DNA from: Halomicrobium mukohataei DSM 12286
GTDB lineage: Archaea; Halobacteriota; Halobacteria; Halobacteriales; Haloarculaceae
DNA: 32,000 nt
NCBI RefSeq assembly: GCF_000023965.1
Contig: NC_013202.1
Location: 120,001-152,000, forward strand
Direction: 5' to 3'
Of the stretch, positions 8,506 to 17,201 are shown piece after piece. The position numbers were made by a program, and so were the translations under genes. The notes under the pieces were generated by a model that saw nothing but the letters and a program-made list of their open reading frames with translations, was not told the DNA's origin and did no database searches. How positions within the stretch are numbered: the first letter of the stretch is position 1; the number at the start of each line of letters is the position of its first letter.

Positions 8506-10719
8506 ATGCTCACAGAGGGGGAGGGAGAGACGAGCGCCCCGACGGTCCCGGCACCCGTCACGCCGGACGACCCGAACGCGTGGTACGCACCCGACGTTCG
8601 CGATCAGGACGAGATCCACCCCGGCGTCGTCGTCACCGTCACCGAGACGGCGGCCGGATTCGAGTACGACCTTCGGGACCCGCTGCTGTCGGTCGACGAC
8701 GCCGACGCGCTCGCGACCGTCGAGGAGTACTTCGCCGACGCGCACGTAGATCGGCCGCGCACGCGCGAGGGAGCGATCGAACGCGTCGAGTCGGGGCTCG
8801 ACGAGAAACACCAGCGGGTGATCGACCGTCTCGTCGACTGCTCGCCCGCGTCCAGACGACGACTCGACTACCACGCGCTGTGCTCGCTGGCCTGCCTGGG
8901 TGAGTTGACGCCCTACGCGCTGGACGACCGCATCGACGTGGCCGATCTGGGTTCGGGGTCCGTGCGCGTCCACACCGACGATTTCGCCCCCGCAGAGACC
9001 GATCTCGATCCGGACACGGAGTTTCTGGACCGCTTTGCCAGCGAGCGGCTCGAACAACACACTGTCACCTTCCACGAGTTCGAGATCCCCGTGATCGTCT
9101 ACCGGGAGAACGTCCTGGGCGACGATCCGTTCACCACGAAGTACGCGGTCCGCGAACCTGACCAGCTGCCGGGCGACGAAGAGCTCATCGAGGCCTGCAA
9201 GACGCGCGTCTGGGAGGCCAGCATCGACGGGGTGCTCGAAGACGAGGTCGCGTTCGTCCGCGACCGGGCTCGGACGCTCCTCTCGCGACAGCTGACCATC
9301 CGCAACACGCGGGCCTGGTTCGACGCGGCGCGGTACCGGCTCCGGACGGCGCTGGCGGAGTACGACCTGACGGTGCCGCCGGTCGACCGTCGCTTTGCCG
9401 ACGACCGGCTGGAGGACCTGCTGTACTACGTGCTGCGTGACCTCGTGGGGTACGGGAAGCTGACGGTCCCGGTCCGGGACCCGACGCTGGAGGACATCGA
9501 GGCCAACAGGGTCGACGAGCGGATCAAGGTCGTCCCGCGGCTGGACGTGGGCCACAACGAACGCGTCCCGACGAACCTCTGCTTCGAGAGCGAACGGGCG
9601 TTCGTCAACGTCGTGACCAAGCTCGCGGCCGACGACGGCACCGAACTCAACGCCTCGACGCCGAGCGCGAAGGTGAACCTCAGCCCCGAGGGCGTCGAGG
9701 AGACGATCCGGTGTGCCGTTGCACTCCCGACGATCAGCGAGGACGGCCCACACATCTCCATCCGGAAGCAGTCGCCCGATCCGATGACCCCCGTCGACCT
9801 GATCGAACGGGACGCCCTCCCGACGGAACTGGTCGCACTGCTGTGGCTGTTGTACGAGCACCACGGCGTCGTGCTGTTCTGTGGGCCGACCGGCGTCGGC
9901 AAGACGACGCTGATGAACGCCCACATGCCGTTCATCCCCTATCGTGATCGCCCGATCTCGATCGACGAGGGGTCCCGAGAGGTGTTCATCCCACACGAGA
10001 CCGGCGTCTCGCTGACGACCAGAGACCACGAGCGGGACCACCGCCGCGTGACGATGGCCGACCTGATGACCGAGTGCAACTACCTGAACCCGGACGTGGA
10101 GGTCATCGCCGAGGTCAACACGGCAGCGAGCTTCGAGACGTTCGCCGAGACGCTGAACACGGGCCACGGGCTGCTCGGGACGACTCACGCCGAGGACGTG
10201 GAGACGCTGGTCAACCGCGTCGTCGAACAGGGCCTGCCCCCCTACCTCCTCCAGGAGATCGATCTCCTCGTGTTCCCGAAGCGAGTGGGCGAGGACCGCT
10301 TCGTGGGAGAGGTCGTCGAGATCGTCGACGAGACCACCTACCGAGCGCTCGATCGGGACGCCGACCGCTGTGGCGTCGTCCGGAAGGCCGACGCCACGGT
10401 GTACTGGAACACCGTCTGCACACGCGATCGAAACGGCGAGTTCGAACTCGCGGGGCTGGTCGGCGAAGGGAGCGATCCGATCCACGCCTTCGAGCGGCTG
10501 GCCGACCAGACCGACCAGACGGTCGACGGCGTCGAAGCCATGTTCGAACGCCGACACCGCTACGTCCAGTATCTCGTACAGGAGGGGATCACCGACGCCG
10601 ACGAGCTGTTCGCGCTGCTTGCGGACCTCAAGACCGACGAGGCGGCGACGGTCGAGCGGCTACACCGCCAACGGGCCGACGAACCGACGGTCCGCGGGGA
10701 GGAGATCGATGGCGACTGA
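8506..10719 (+). CDS. pilB: Type II/IV secretion system ATPase (archaeal PilB/FlaI-like, VirB11/TadA superfamily) with a long N-terminal extension
   Basis: Walker A LFCGPTGVGKTTLMNA, Asp/Walker B region PDVEVIAEVN and His box TGHGLLGTTHA. There are about 440 aa of acidic N-terminal domain. The stop overlaps the next gene by 11 nt. Confidence 0.9.
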   Translation: MLTEGEGETSAPTVPAPVTPDDPNAWYAPDVRDQDEIHPGVVVTVTETAAGFEYDLRDPLLSVDDADALATVEEYFADAHVDRPRTREGAIERVESGLDEKHQRVIDRLVDCSPASRRRLDYHALCSLACLGELTPYALDDRIDVADLGSGSVRVHTDDFAPAETDLDPDTEFLDRFASERLEQHTVTFHEFEIPVIVYRENVLGDDPFTTKYAVREPDQLPGDEELIEACKTRVWEASIDGVLEDEVAFVRDRARTLLSRQLTIRNTRAWFDAARYRLRTALAEYDLTVPPVDRRFADDRLEDLLYYVLRDLVGYGKLTVPVRDPTLEDIEANRVDERIKVVPRLDVGHNERVPTNLCFESERAFVNVVTKLAADDGTELNASTPSAKVNLSPEGVEETIRCAVALPTISEDGPHISIRKQSPDPMTPVDLIERDALPTELVALLWLLYEHHGVVLFCGPTGVGKTTLMNAHMPFIPYRDRPISIDEGSREVFIPHETGVSLTTRDHERDHRRVTMADLMTECNYLNPDVEVIAEVNTAASFETFAETLNTGHGLLGTTHAEDVETLVNRVVEQGLPPYLLQEIDLLVFPKRVGEDRFVGEVVEIVDETTYRALDRDADRCGVVRKADATVYWNTVCTRDRNGEFELAGLVGEGSDPIHAFERLADQTDQTVDGVEAMFERRHRYVQYLVQEGITDADELFALLADLKTDEAATVERLHRQRADEPTVRGEEIDGD

Positions 10720-12601
10720 GACGCCACGGCAGTTGAACCCGCTCGATCGGGGACTGTACGCTCTGTTCGCACAGCACGCCGACAGCGGCCGCCACGACGG
10801 TGACAGAGTCCGGTACCGGGCCGCAGATCTGGACGCGAGCTTCGAGCTGTATCTGGCCCGAACGTACGGACTGGCCTGGGTGGCCGGACTCGCCGGGTGT
10901 CTCTTCGTGCTGGTCGTCACCGCGGCCGTCCCGCCGGCCGTCCTGGCCGAGGTCGTCGCGTTCTTCCAGAACGGCGTGCCCATCGTCAATCAGGTCCACT
11001 GGCCGGTCGTCCCGCGACCCGTCGTCGCCGTCGGGGCCGGGCTGGTCGGCGGTGGAACGGTGCGATTGCTCGTCCTGCGGGCCGGCAGTACGTATCTACG
11101 GTGGGTCGGCAAAGCACGGCGCAGCGACATCGAAGCGACCCTCCCCGGTGCCGTTCGCTACCTCCGCGTGCTCGCGTCGGGCGAACACGATCAGCGGGCC
11201 ATGCTCGGCCGCGTCGCCGACCAGGACGCCTACGGAGAGACAGCCGTCGCCTTCCAGCGGATCCTCAACCGGGCTGCGCTGACCGGCAGTCTCGACGAGG
11301 GGCTGGAACACGTCGCCAGCGAGACGCCCTCTCGGGATCTGCTGGCACCGTTCCTGCTGAAGTTCCGCGAGCACGCCAACCAGAGCGCCGACGCGCTGGA
11401 GGGGTATCTCCAGATGGAGGGGCGGCTCCTCTCACACGAACAGTCGCGTCGTCACGAGCGCGCGACCGGGTTTCTCGAACTCCTGGCCGAGCTGTTCGTC
11501 GTGTTGCTCGTCTTGCCGGCGCTGCTGGTGTTGATCGTGACGATCATGGGCGTGCTCTCGCCGGGACTGTCAGAGCAGGTCGCCACGCCCGCGGGACCGA
11601 TGACCGTTCGGAGCGTGCTCGTCTACGGCAGTGCCGGCTTCGTCCTGGCGGCGGGCGCATCGGCGTCGCTGCTGGTCGCTGCGATTCGGCCACACAGCGC
11701 CAGCGCACCGTCCTACACCGCTCCGGCGTCGCTCCGCTCGATCGTCGAGACGGCGAGTCGGAACCCCGCGAGCGCTGCGCGCGTGCTGGCCCCGACGGTA
11801 CCCGTCGTCGTCGCCGTCCTCGCGGGACTCGGGTATCGGCCGGTCAACGTCGCCCTGCTCGCCTACGTCGCGTACGGACTCCCGGTCGGGGCCGTCGCAG
11901 TTCGACGCGCCAAAGTCGACGACGCGAAAGACCGCGAGATTCAGGACTTCGTCCACGCCGTGTCGGGCCACGTCAGTCTGGGTCGGCCGTTCAGCGAGGC
12001 CGTCGAGCGGGTGGCCGAGGAGGTCGATCTGGGCGCGCTCCAGTCGGACGTGGACCAGCTCGCGTTCACGCTCGGCCTGACCGCCAGTCCGGACGACGAC
12101 GCCACCGACGGCCGGGCCGCGGCACTCGATCGGTTCGTCGAGCGGGTCGGGACGCCGATGGCAGAGCAGACGATCGGGCTCGTCGTCGGCGCTCTCGACG
12201 CCGGCAGCGACGCCGAAGACGTGTTCGAGACCCTCCAGACGGAGATCGGGAAGCTCTACCACGAGCGCAAAGCGCTCCGCTCGTCGCTGCTCGTCTACGT
12301 CGCCGTCGGCTGGACGACGGCGCTGCTCGTGGTCGGGATCGTCGTCGCGGTCAACGCCTACGTGCTGGACGGGTTCGCACAGCTCTCGACGGTGTCCAGT
12401 GGCCCCGGCATCACGATCGATCCGACCGCCGTCGATCCGCCCCGCGATCGCTATCGGTTCTACGTCGTCACGCAGGCGACGATGCTTGGCTGTGGGTGGT
12501 TCGCCGGTACCGCGAGCCGCGGGCGCTACGAGGCGCTGTTACACTCGGGCGCGCTCGTCGCCGTAGCCTACGTCGTCTTCACCGGGGCTGGGATGGTATG
12601 A
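10709..12601 (+). CDS. pilC: Type IV pilus/archaellum platform membrane protein (PilC/FlaJ/TadC-like, T2SSF family)
   Basis: Polytopic membrane protein of 630 aa with two repeated halves (cytoplasmic helical region plus hydrophobic segments). It is translationally coupled to the ATPase (ATG 10709 inside the pilB end) and to the next gene (ATGA at 12598-12601). The ORF track start 10370 was replaced by the internal ATG (MATETPRQLNPLDRGLYALF). Confidence 0.85.
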   Translation: MATETPRQLNPLDRGLYALFAQHADSGRHDGDRVRYRAADLDASFELYLARTYGLAWVAGLAGCLFVLVVTAAVPPAVLAEVVAFFQNGVPIVNQVHWPVVPRPVVAVGAGLVGGGTVRLLVLRAGSTYLRWVGKARRSDIEATLPGAVRYLRVLASGEHDQRAMLGRVADQDAYGETAVAFQRILNRAALTGSLDEGLEHVASETPSRDLLAPFLLKFREHANQSADALEGYLQMEGRLLSHEQSRRHERATGFLELLAELFVVLLVLPALLVLIVTIMGVLSPGLSEQVATPAGPMTVRSVLVYGSAGFVLAAGASASLLVAAIRPHSASAPSYTAPASLRSIVETASRNPASAARVLAPTVPVVVAVLAGLGYRPVNVALLAYVAYGLPVGAVAVRRAKVDDAKDREIQDFVHAVSGHVSLGRPFSEAVERVAEEVDLGALQSDVDQLAFTLGLTASPDDDATDGRAAALDRFVERVGTPMAEQTIGLVVGALDAGSDAEDVFETLQTEIGKLYHERKALRSSLLVYVAVGWTTALLVVGIVVAVNAYVLDGFAQLSTVSSGPGITIDPTAVDPPRDRYRFYVVTQATMLGCGWFAGTASRGRYEALLHSGALVAVAYVVFTGAGMV

Positions 12602-13305
12602 CCGAGCGCGCACAGTCTCACGTCGTCGGCGTGGTCCTGTTGCTCGGACTGACGGCCATCGCGATGGGCGGGCTGACCGCGACGATCGGAACGATCGTCG
12701 ACGACCAGACCGCGAGCGCGGACGCGACCCGCGTCGCAGACGACCTCGACGCCGCGTTGCGGCCGGTCGAGACGACGGGGCATCGCTCGGCGACGGTCAG
12801 CTTCGCCGACGGGACCCTCGGCGTCGAAGACCGGGAGCTCCGCGTCCTCGACAGCAGTGGCGTCGTGGCGACTGTCGAGACGGACGCCGTGGTCTTCGAG
12901 AGCGAGCAGCGCCGCGTCGGGGCCGTCGCCGGTGCGATCACCCGCGGTCGGGGAGACAACACGTGGCTCAGAGCGACGCCACCGATCACGAGCGGGCCTG
13001 ACGTGCTCGTCGTCGGCGCACAGCGGCTCAACGGCTCCGGCAGCGTCGGCGGCACGGGCGGCGTGACGACGACACTCCGGACCAACGTCACACACGACCG
13101 GCAGGCACTCGGGAGCGGCGAGTACCGGGTCGCGATCGAGACGGCGACCCCCGGCGCGTTCGAGCGATTCGCACGGGAGCGCGGTCTGGACGCGACGGTC
13201 CGGGACCTCGACGGCGACGGTGTCCCCAGCGCCGTGATCGAGTTCGAGGGGACGCGGACGGCGTATCTGGTCGTCCACGACATGCGACTGGAGGTGGGGA
13301 CGTGA
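12598..13305 (+). CDS. Prepilin-like protein 1 (class III signal peptide, archaeal type IV pilin N-terminal domain)
   Basis: N-terminus MTERA|QSHVVGVVLLLGLTAIAMGGLTATIG has a charged leader ending in R-A, then Q and a roughly 22-residue hydrophobic helix. The C-terminal domain is acidic and Thr-rich. ATGA overlap with pilC. Confidence 0.8.
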   Translation: MTERAQSHVVGVVLLLGLTAIAMGGLTATIGTIVDDQTASADATRVADDLDAALRPVETTGHRSATVSFADGTLGVEDRELRVLDSSGVVATVETDAVVFESEQRRVGAVAGAITRGRGDNTWLRATPPITSGPDVLVVGAQRLNGSGSVGGTGGVTTTLRTNVTHDRQALGSGEYRVAIETATPGAFERFARERGLDATVRDLDGDGVPSAVIEFEGTRTAYLVVHDMRLEVGT

Positions 13306-13751
13306 ACGACCGCGCGGTCACGCCGGTCGTCGAGAAGACGATCACGATCGGACTGGTCGCGCTCTTTCTGGCCGGCGTGACCACTTCGCTGTTCGGCGGA
13401 GCGGTCCCGGCAGCCCGCGACGCCGCCGGTGGGTCGATCGGCGATCGGACGCTGGCGACGGCGACCGAGCGCGTCGAGCAAGCGATCCCGCCAAACGTCG
13501 CGAACGTGACCGTCCGTGAGCGCGTCAGGTTGCCGGCGACGATCCGGGGCAGCGGCTACGCGATCGAAGCTGACGGTCGATCGCTCGTCCTCGATCATCC
13601 CGAACCGGCAGTCGGTGGTCGCAGTCGGCTGGTGGTGCCACCGAGCGTACAGCGAGTGAGCGGCTCGTGGGAGAGCGGGAGTGAACTGGTCGTCGTCGTC
13701 CGGACGGCCAACGGCGGCCTGTCGGTCGCGCTTCAGGAGGGACGCCCGTGA
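13302..13751 (+). CDS. Prepilin-like protein 2
   Basis: GTG start in a GTGA overlap with the previous gene. N-terminus MNDRA|VTPVVEKTITIGLVALFLAGVTTSLFG. Confidence 0.75.
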   Translation: MNDRAVTPVVEKTITIGLVALFLAGVTTSLFGGAVPAARDAAGGSIGDRTLATATERVEQAIPPNVANVTVRERVRLPATIRGSGYAIEADGRSLVLDHPEPAVGGRSRLVVPPSVQRVSGSWESGSELVVVVRTANGGLSVALQEGRP

Positions 13752-14446
13752 GTCGGCAGTCGCGGGCATCGTGCGGGCGCGCCCAGACCGGACTACCGGC
13801 ACTCGCGATCGCGCTACTCGTCCTGACGATGGTGACCGGCATCAGTCTCGCACTGGCCGACGGGGCGATCGGAGCGGCCGACCGCGAGCCCGGTGAACGA
13901 CGCGTCGCCGTCTCGCTGGCGGCCGGCCTCGTCGCGCCCGAGTCCCCGCTGACGGAACGCGCGAACGTGCTCGGCGAGGAACGGCTGTCGAACGTCGACC
14001 AGCGCCAGTTGCGAACGGCGTTCCCGGTCACCGACGAGACGGCAGTCAGGGTCGAACTTGACGGTGACCCGCTCGTGACGACCGGTACGCCGCGAACGGG
14101 GACGACGATCCGCCGCCTCGTGGTCGTCGAGGAGCGAACGACGGAACGGGTCGAGCCGTCGCTGGGCTGGCAGCGGCGCGTGACGCTGCCACAGCGGGGC
14201 GCTGGCGCACGCCTCACGCTCGTCCCGCCGGCCGGCACGAACGTGACCACGGTCCGAGCGAACGATCGCGTCGTCCTCCACGACGAGGACGGCCTCGCCG
14301 GCACCTACGAGATCGACCTCTCCAGGTTCGAGACCACGACGTTACAGTTCTCGGCGAGCGGACCGCTACCCGACGGCAGCGTCGAAGTGGAGTACGACGC
14401 GATTCGGACGCACAAGGCGACGCTGGCGGTGACTGCCGATGGATAG
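13748..14446 (+). CDS. Prepilin-like protein 3
   Basis: GTG start in a GTGA overlap. N-terminus ...SCGRA|QTGLPALAIALLVLTMVTGISLALA. The remainder is acidic and beta-rich in appearance. Confidence 0.75.
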   Translation: MSRQSRASCGRAQTGLPALAIALLVLTMVTGISLALADGAIGAADREPGERRVAVSLAAGLVAPESPLTERANVLGEERLSNVDQRQLRTAFPVTDETAVRVELDGDPLVTTGTPRTGTTIRRLVVVEERTTERVEPSLGWQRRVTLPQRGAGARLTLVPPAGTNVTTVRANDRVVLHDEDGLAGTYEIDLSRFETTTLQFSASGPLPDGSVEVEYDAIRTHKATLAVTADG

Positions 14447-14843
14447 GGCCCAGCTACCGGTCTCGCTGCTGGAAGCCGCTCTCGGCGTCGTCGTGATCCT
14501 CGCGGTCGCGCTGGGATTCGTCGTCGGCGTGCCCACGCCCGACACCCGAGAGCCACAGTTGACGGCCTACGCGAACGACGCGGCGACGATCCTGGTGAAC
14601 GAACCGCCGGAACACCGCGATGCGACCCGGCTGGCCGAGATCCTCGCCGACGAGCAGTCCTTCCAGCGCGAACGGGACAAACTACGGGACCGGACCGGTG
14701 CGATCCTGCCCGACAACCTCATGTTCCGGGTCGAGACACCACACGGAGCCGTCGGGTTTCCCGTCCCCGGGGGCGTCACCACCGGCGAGGCCACCGTGAC
14801 GACCGTCGAGGGAGCGCTGACGATCCGGGTGTGGTACGCATAG
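14439..14843 (+). CDS. Prepilin-like protein 4
   Basis: ATG overlaps the previous gene by 8 nt. N-terminus MDRA|QLPVSLLEAALGVVVILAVALGFVVG. Confidence 0.75.
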   Translation: MDRAQLPVSLLEAALGVVVILAVALGFVVGVPTPDTREPQLTAYANDAATILVNEPPEHRDATRLAEILADEQSFQRERDKLRDRTGAILPDNLMFRVETPHGAVGFPVPGGVTTGEATVTTVEGALTIRVWYA

Positions 14844-14896
14844 CCGGCGACACGGCGAGTCGGCCGGAGCGACGCGCGGGCGAGAGTGGTGGATGG

Positions 14897-15403
14897 TCAC
14901 CCGTGGTCGGCGTCACCGCCAGATCGAAGCGCGGAGGCGGCACCGACGAGCGCGGTCACGCCACCGACGACGACGAACTTCGCGGGTCCGTCGGAGGGCT
15001 CGTTTTCGAGGAACGCCTGCCCCGGCGAAGCGGGGTTGACGTACGCCGTCACCGTCTCGCCGACCTCGTACTCCGAGAGAGCGTCCTCGGCCGCCGAGCG
15101 GGTGTCGTAGTCCGTCGCGATGCTCGACGGGCGAATGTCGTTGCCGGTGTAGGTCGTGCCGTCGAACTGGTACTCGAAGGTGGCCGTCGGCTCGTAGTCC
15201 GTGCGGCCACGCCGCTGAGGTATCGTCTCGACGCCGGTGTCGGTGATCGTCGCCTCGACCGTCGTCGTGTCCGACAGCGTTTGGGCCTGTTGCTGGTATT
15301 CGTACGCACCGTAGCCGGCGATGGCGACACCGACCACGAGGACGAAGACGCTGCCCTGGAGGAGGTCGAGTTGTTTGCCTGCGAGTGAGAGTTTCGGGGA
15401 CAC
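14897..15403 (-). CDS. DUF3592-like membrane protein (TM helix, beta-rich ectodomain, TM helix)
   Basis: V/MSPKLSLAGKQLDLLQGSVFVLVVGVAIAGYGAYEY...ATITDTGVETIPQRRGRTDYEPTATFEYQFDGTTYTG...VGETVTAYVNPASPGQAFL...AKFVVVGGVTALVGAASAL. GTG 15403 was chosen because a TATA-like TTTTAAG lies 26 nt upstream on the minus strand. The 420-aa ORF track version (to 16159) is Arg-rich upstream and overlaps a real plus-strand gene. Confidence 0.7.
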   Translation of the reverse strand: MSPKLSLAGKQLDLLQGSVFVLVVGVAIAGYGAYEYQQQAQTLSDTTTVEATITDTGVETIPQRRGRTDYEPTATFEYQFDGTTYTGNDIRPSSIATDYDTRSAAEDALSEYEVGETVTAYVNPASPGQAFLENEPSDGPAKFVVVGGVTALVGAASALRSGGDADHG

Positions 15404-15428
15404 GCCGACAGGTGAGATCCCGAAACGA

Positions 15429-15537
15429 CTTAAAACCCGGACGCTCGCGACGGGACCGACGACGGCCTCGTACTGTCCAGAGGGCTTCGCGTAGAGTTCC
15501 GGCAGGTCGGCCACTCCGAGAGGCGACACTTTATATT
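15429..15537. promoter_or_regulatory. Divergent promoter region with two opposed TATA-like boxes
   Basis: On the minus strand, GTTTTAAG (15429-15436) is centred about 30 nt from GTG 15403. On the plus strand, TTTATATT (15530-15537) is centred about 29 nt from GTG 15563. Confidence 0.5.
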
Positions 15538-15562
15538 CTATCGAGCAAGAGCGAATCATACT

Positions 15563-16111
15563 GTGCTTTCGAGACGCCCGGATGCCCGGCGTGGGCAACT
15601 CGTCCTCGTCGCGGCAGTCGTCGTCGCCGTCGCGCTGATCCCGATCGTGGTGGCGTATCTCCAGCTGGGCTATCACGCCGACGTGCGCGCGAGCGGGGAC
15701 TACGACGATCCGACGGCCGACGCGACTCGAACGCTGACGCGGGCGCTGGCGACGGCAAGCGCAGACGTACCCGCAGAGCACGGGTGGACCGACCGCGACG
15801 ACGCGGCGACGACCGTCCGTGATCGGCTCGAACCCCGCATCGAGCACGTCGAGCGAGCACGCCTCGACGCCGGCACGGCGCGGTCGCTGAGCTACAACGC
15901 GACGGACGCCCAGCGGTGGGCGGCGTCGTCGTGTCCGAGTGGCGACGGACGGTCGTTTGGTCGCTGTGTCGCGATCGACGGCGTCGTCGTACAGGAGCGG
16001 GCCGATCGGACACACGTCCTGGGCGTCGCCGTCGACCTCACCGTGACGAGCGAGCGCGGACGGACGGTCGCGACGGTACGGGTGCCGACGGTGGCGGGCC
16101 GTGAGAGCTGA
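15563..16111 (+). CDS. Prepilin-like protein 5
   Basis: GTG start. N-terminus MLSRRPDARRG|QLVLVAAVVVAVALIPIVVAYLQLGYHADV, followed by an acidic soluble domain. It has its own TATA box and is separated from pilin-like genes 1-4 by the opposite-strand gene. Confidence 0.75.
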   Translation: MLSRRPDARRGQLVLVAAVVVAVALIPIVVAYLQLGYHADVRASGDYDDPTADATRTLTRALATASADVPAEHGWTDRDDAATTVRDRLEPRIEHVERARLDAGTARSLSYNATDAQRWAASSCPSGDGRSFGRCVAIDGVVVQERADRTHVLGVAVDLTVTSERGRTVATVRVPTVAGRES

Positions 16112-16175
16112 CGAAGACGAACCGCTGCGAGCGTCAGGTATTTGTTTTCGAGAGGACAACTCCGGGAGAGTACCG

Positions 16176-16985
16176 ATGACAGACCGAGAGGTGATGAGCG
16201 ATCTCCAGTTCCTGACTGGATCGCGTCACCGGGCGACGATGCTCGCCGCACTCAGCGAGGAGCCGCTGCGCCCGACGGAGCTCTGTGACCGCGTCGAGGC
16301 GACGAGGACCACGGTCCAGCGTATCCTCGCCGGTTTTCGAGAGCGGACCTGGGCCGAGAAGATCGACGGACGGTATCGAGCGACGCTGACGGGGCAACGA
16401 GTACACGAGCGATATCGCACCCTCTGGGAGACCGTCGAGCGAGCCGACAGACTCGCACCACTGGCGACGCATCTGGACCGGTTCGACGAGCCACTCCCGG
16501 TCGAAGCGTTCGATCGTGGATCGATCACGGAGGCGACCGAGCAAGAGCCCCTGGCAGCCGTCGACCGCATCGTCGAGTGGCTGAGAGACAGCCAGGGCGA
16601 CCACATCGAGACGACGACACCCATCGTCGCAAACACGTTCAACGAGACCGTCTCGGGACTGCTGGAGACGGATCTCAGCGTCGAGATGGTGATCGACGAG
16701 AACGTGTTGGAACGATCGATGACCGACTTCGAGACCGCACTCGAACGCGGGCAGACACACGAGTGTGTCGACGTATGGGTCGCGCCGGAACCGTTGACCG
16801 ACGGACTGATGGTCCGCTCGGACCGTGCCGCCGTCGTCGCCTACGACGAGACGAACAACGTCCGTGCGGTGCTCGAATCGGACGACGAGACCGTCGTCGG
16901 GTGGGGACGCCGGCAGTTCGAGACGACGAAGGACCGGGCACGACCACTGGCAGACGTACTCTCCGAGAGTAGCGTCGAGGAGTAG
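16176..16985 (+). CDS. HTH transcriptional regulator (wHTH N-terminus plus C-terminal domain of the archaeal FilR1/DUF1724 type)
   Basis: LQFLTGSRHRATMLAALSEEPLRPTELCDRVEATRTTVQRILAGFRERTWAEKIDGRYRATLTG is an ArsR/wHTH-like segment, followed by about 190 aa of acidic C-terminal domain. The internal ATG 16176 is preferred to the ORF track start 16101. The family name is from memory. Confidence 0.7.
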   Translation: MTDREVMSDLQFLTGSRHRATMLAALSEEPLRPTELCDRVEATRTTVQRILAGFRERTWAEKIDGRYRATLTGQRVHERYRTLWETVERADRLAPLATHLDRFDEPLPVEAFDRGSITEATEQEPLAAVDRIVEWLRDSQGDHIETTTPIVANTFNETVSGLLETDLSVEMVIDENVLERSMTDFETALERGQTHECVDVWVAPEPLTDGLMVRSDRAAVVAYDETNNVRAVLESDDETVVGWGRRQFETTKDRARPLADVLSESSVEE

Positions 16986-17127
16986 CGCGAATCGTCAGCG
17001 GGGTGGTGCTCGACGCCGCCGGACGGCGGGTCGAACCACGGGCTCGGCTACGGGGCGGTCCGAGGTGGCGACGCCACCACGTATCGATAGCAGTTCTTAC
17101 GGCACCTATAGTTACCTGCCGGAAGGT

Positions 17128-17144
17128 GTTACAGGGCCTGTAAC
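17128..17144. promoter_or_regulatory. Perfect 17-nt palindrome GTTACAGG-G-CCTGTAAC just upstream of a TATA box; candidate operator
   Basis: Read directly at 17128-17144. A third GTTAC half-site lies at 17111-17115, and TATATATA at 17172-17179 lies 26 nt upstream of ATG 17202. Confidence 0.4.
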
Positions 17145-17201
17145 AGTACCGTCGGGGGCCCCTGCACATCGTATATATAGTCGCCGACCGAACTGTGAGA
17201 C

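Noticed and set aside
8476-10557. 693-aa ORF on the minus strand
   Set aside because: It is fully antisense to the pilB-like gene. Its composition is Arg/Gly/Val/Asp-rich with no recognisable motifs, typical of the open antisense frames of GC-rich genes. The plus-strand frame carries clear Walker motifs.
14897-16159. 420-aa version of the minus-strand ORF spanning the DUF3592-like gene
   Set aside because: The upstream 250 codons are Arg-rich and overlap the plus-strand prepilin-like gene 5. That gene has a class III signal and its own TATA box. A GTG at 15403 with a correctly spaced TATA box gives a sensible 168-aa TM-domain-TM protein.
17020-17100. tRNA-like fragment (gggtcgaaccacggg) in the intergenic region
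   Set aside because: There is no T-loop consensus flanked by a 5-bp stem, no acceptor or anticodon arms, and no CCA context. The region is better described as a GC hairpin (GGTGGCG-A-CGCCACC).
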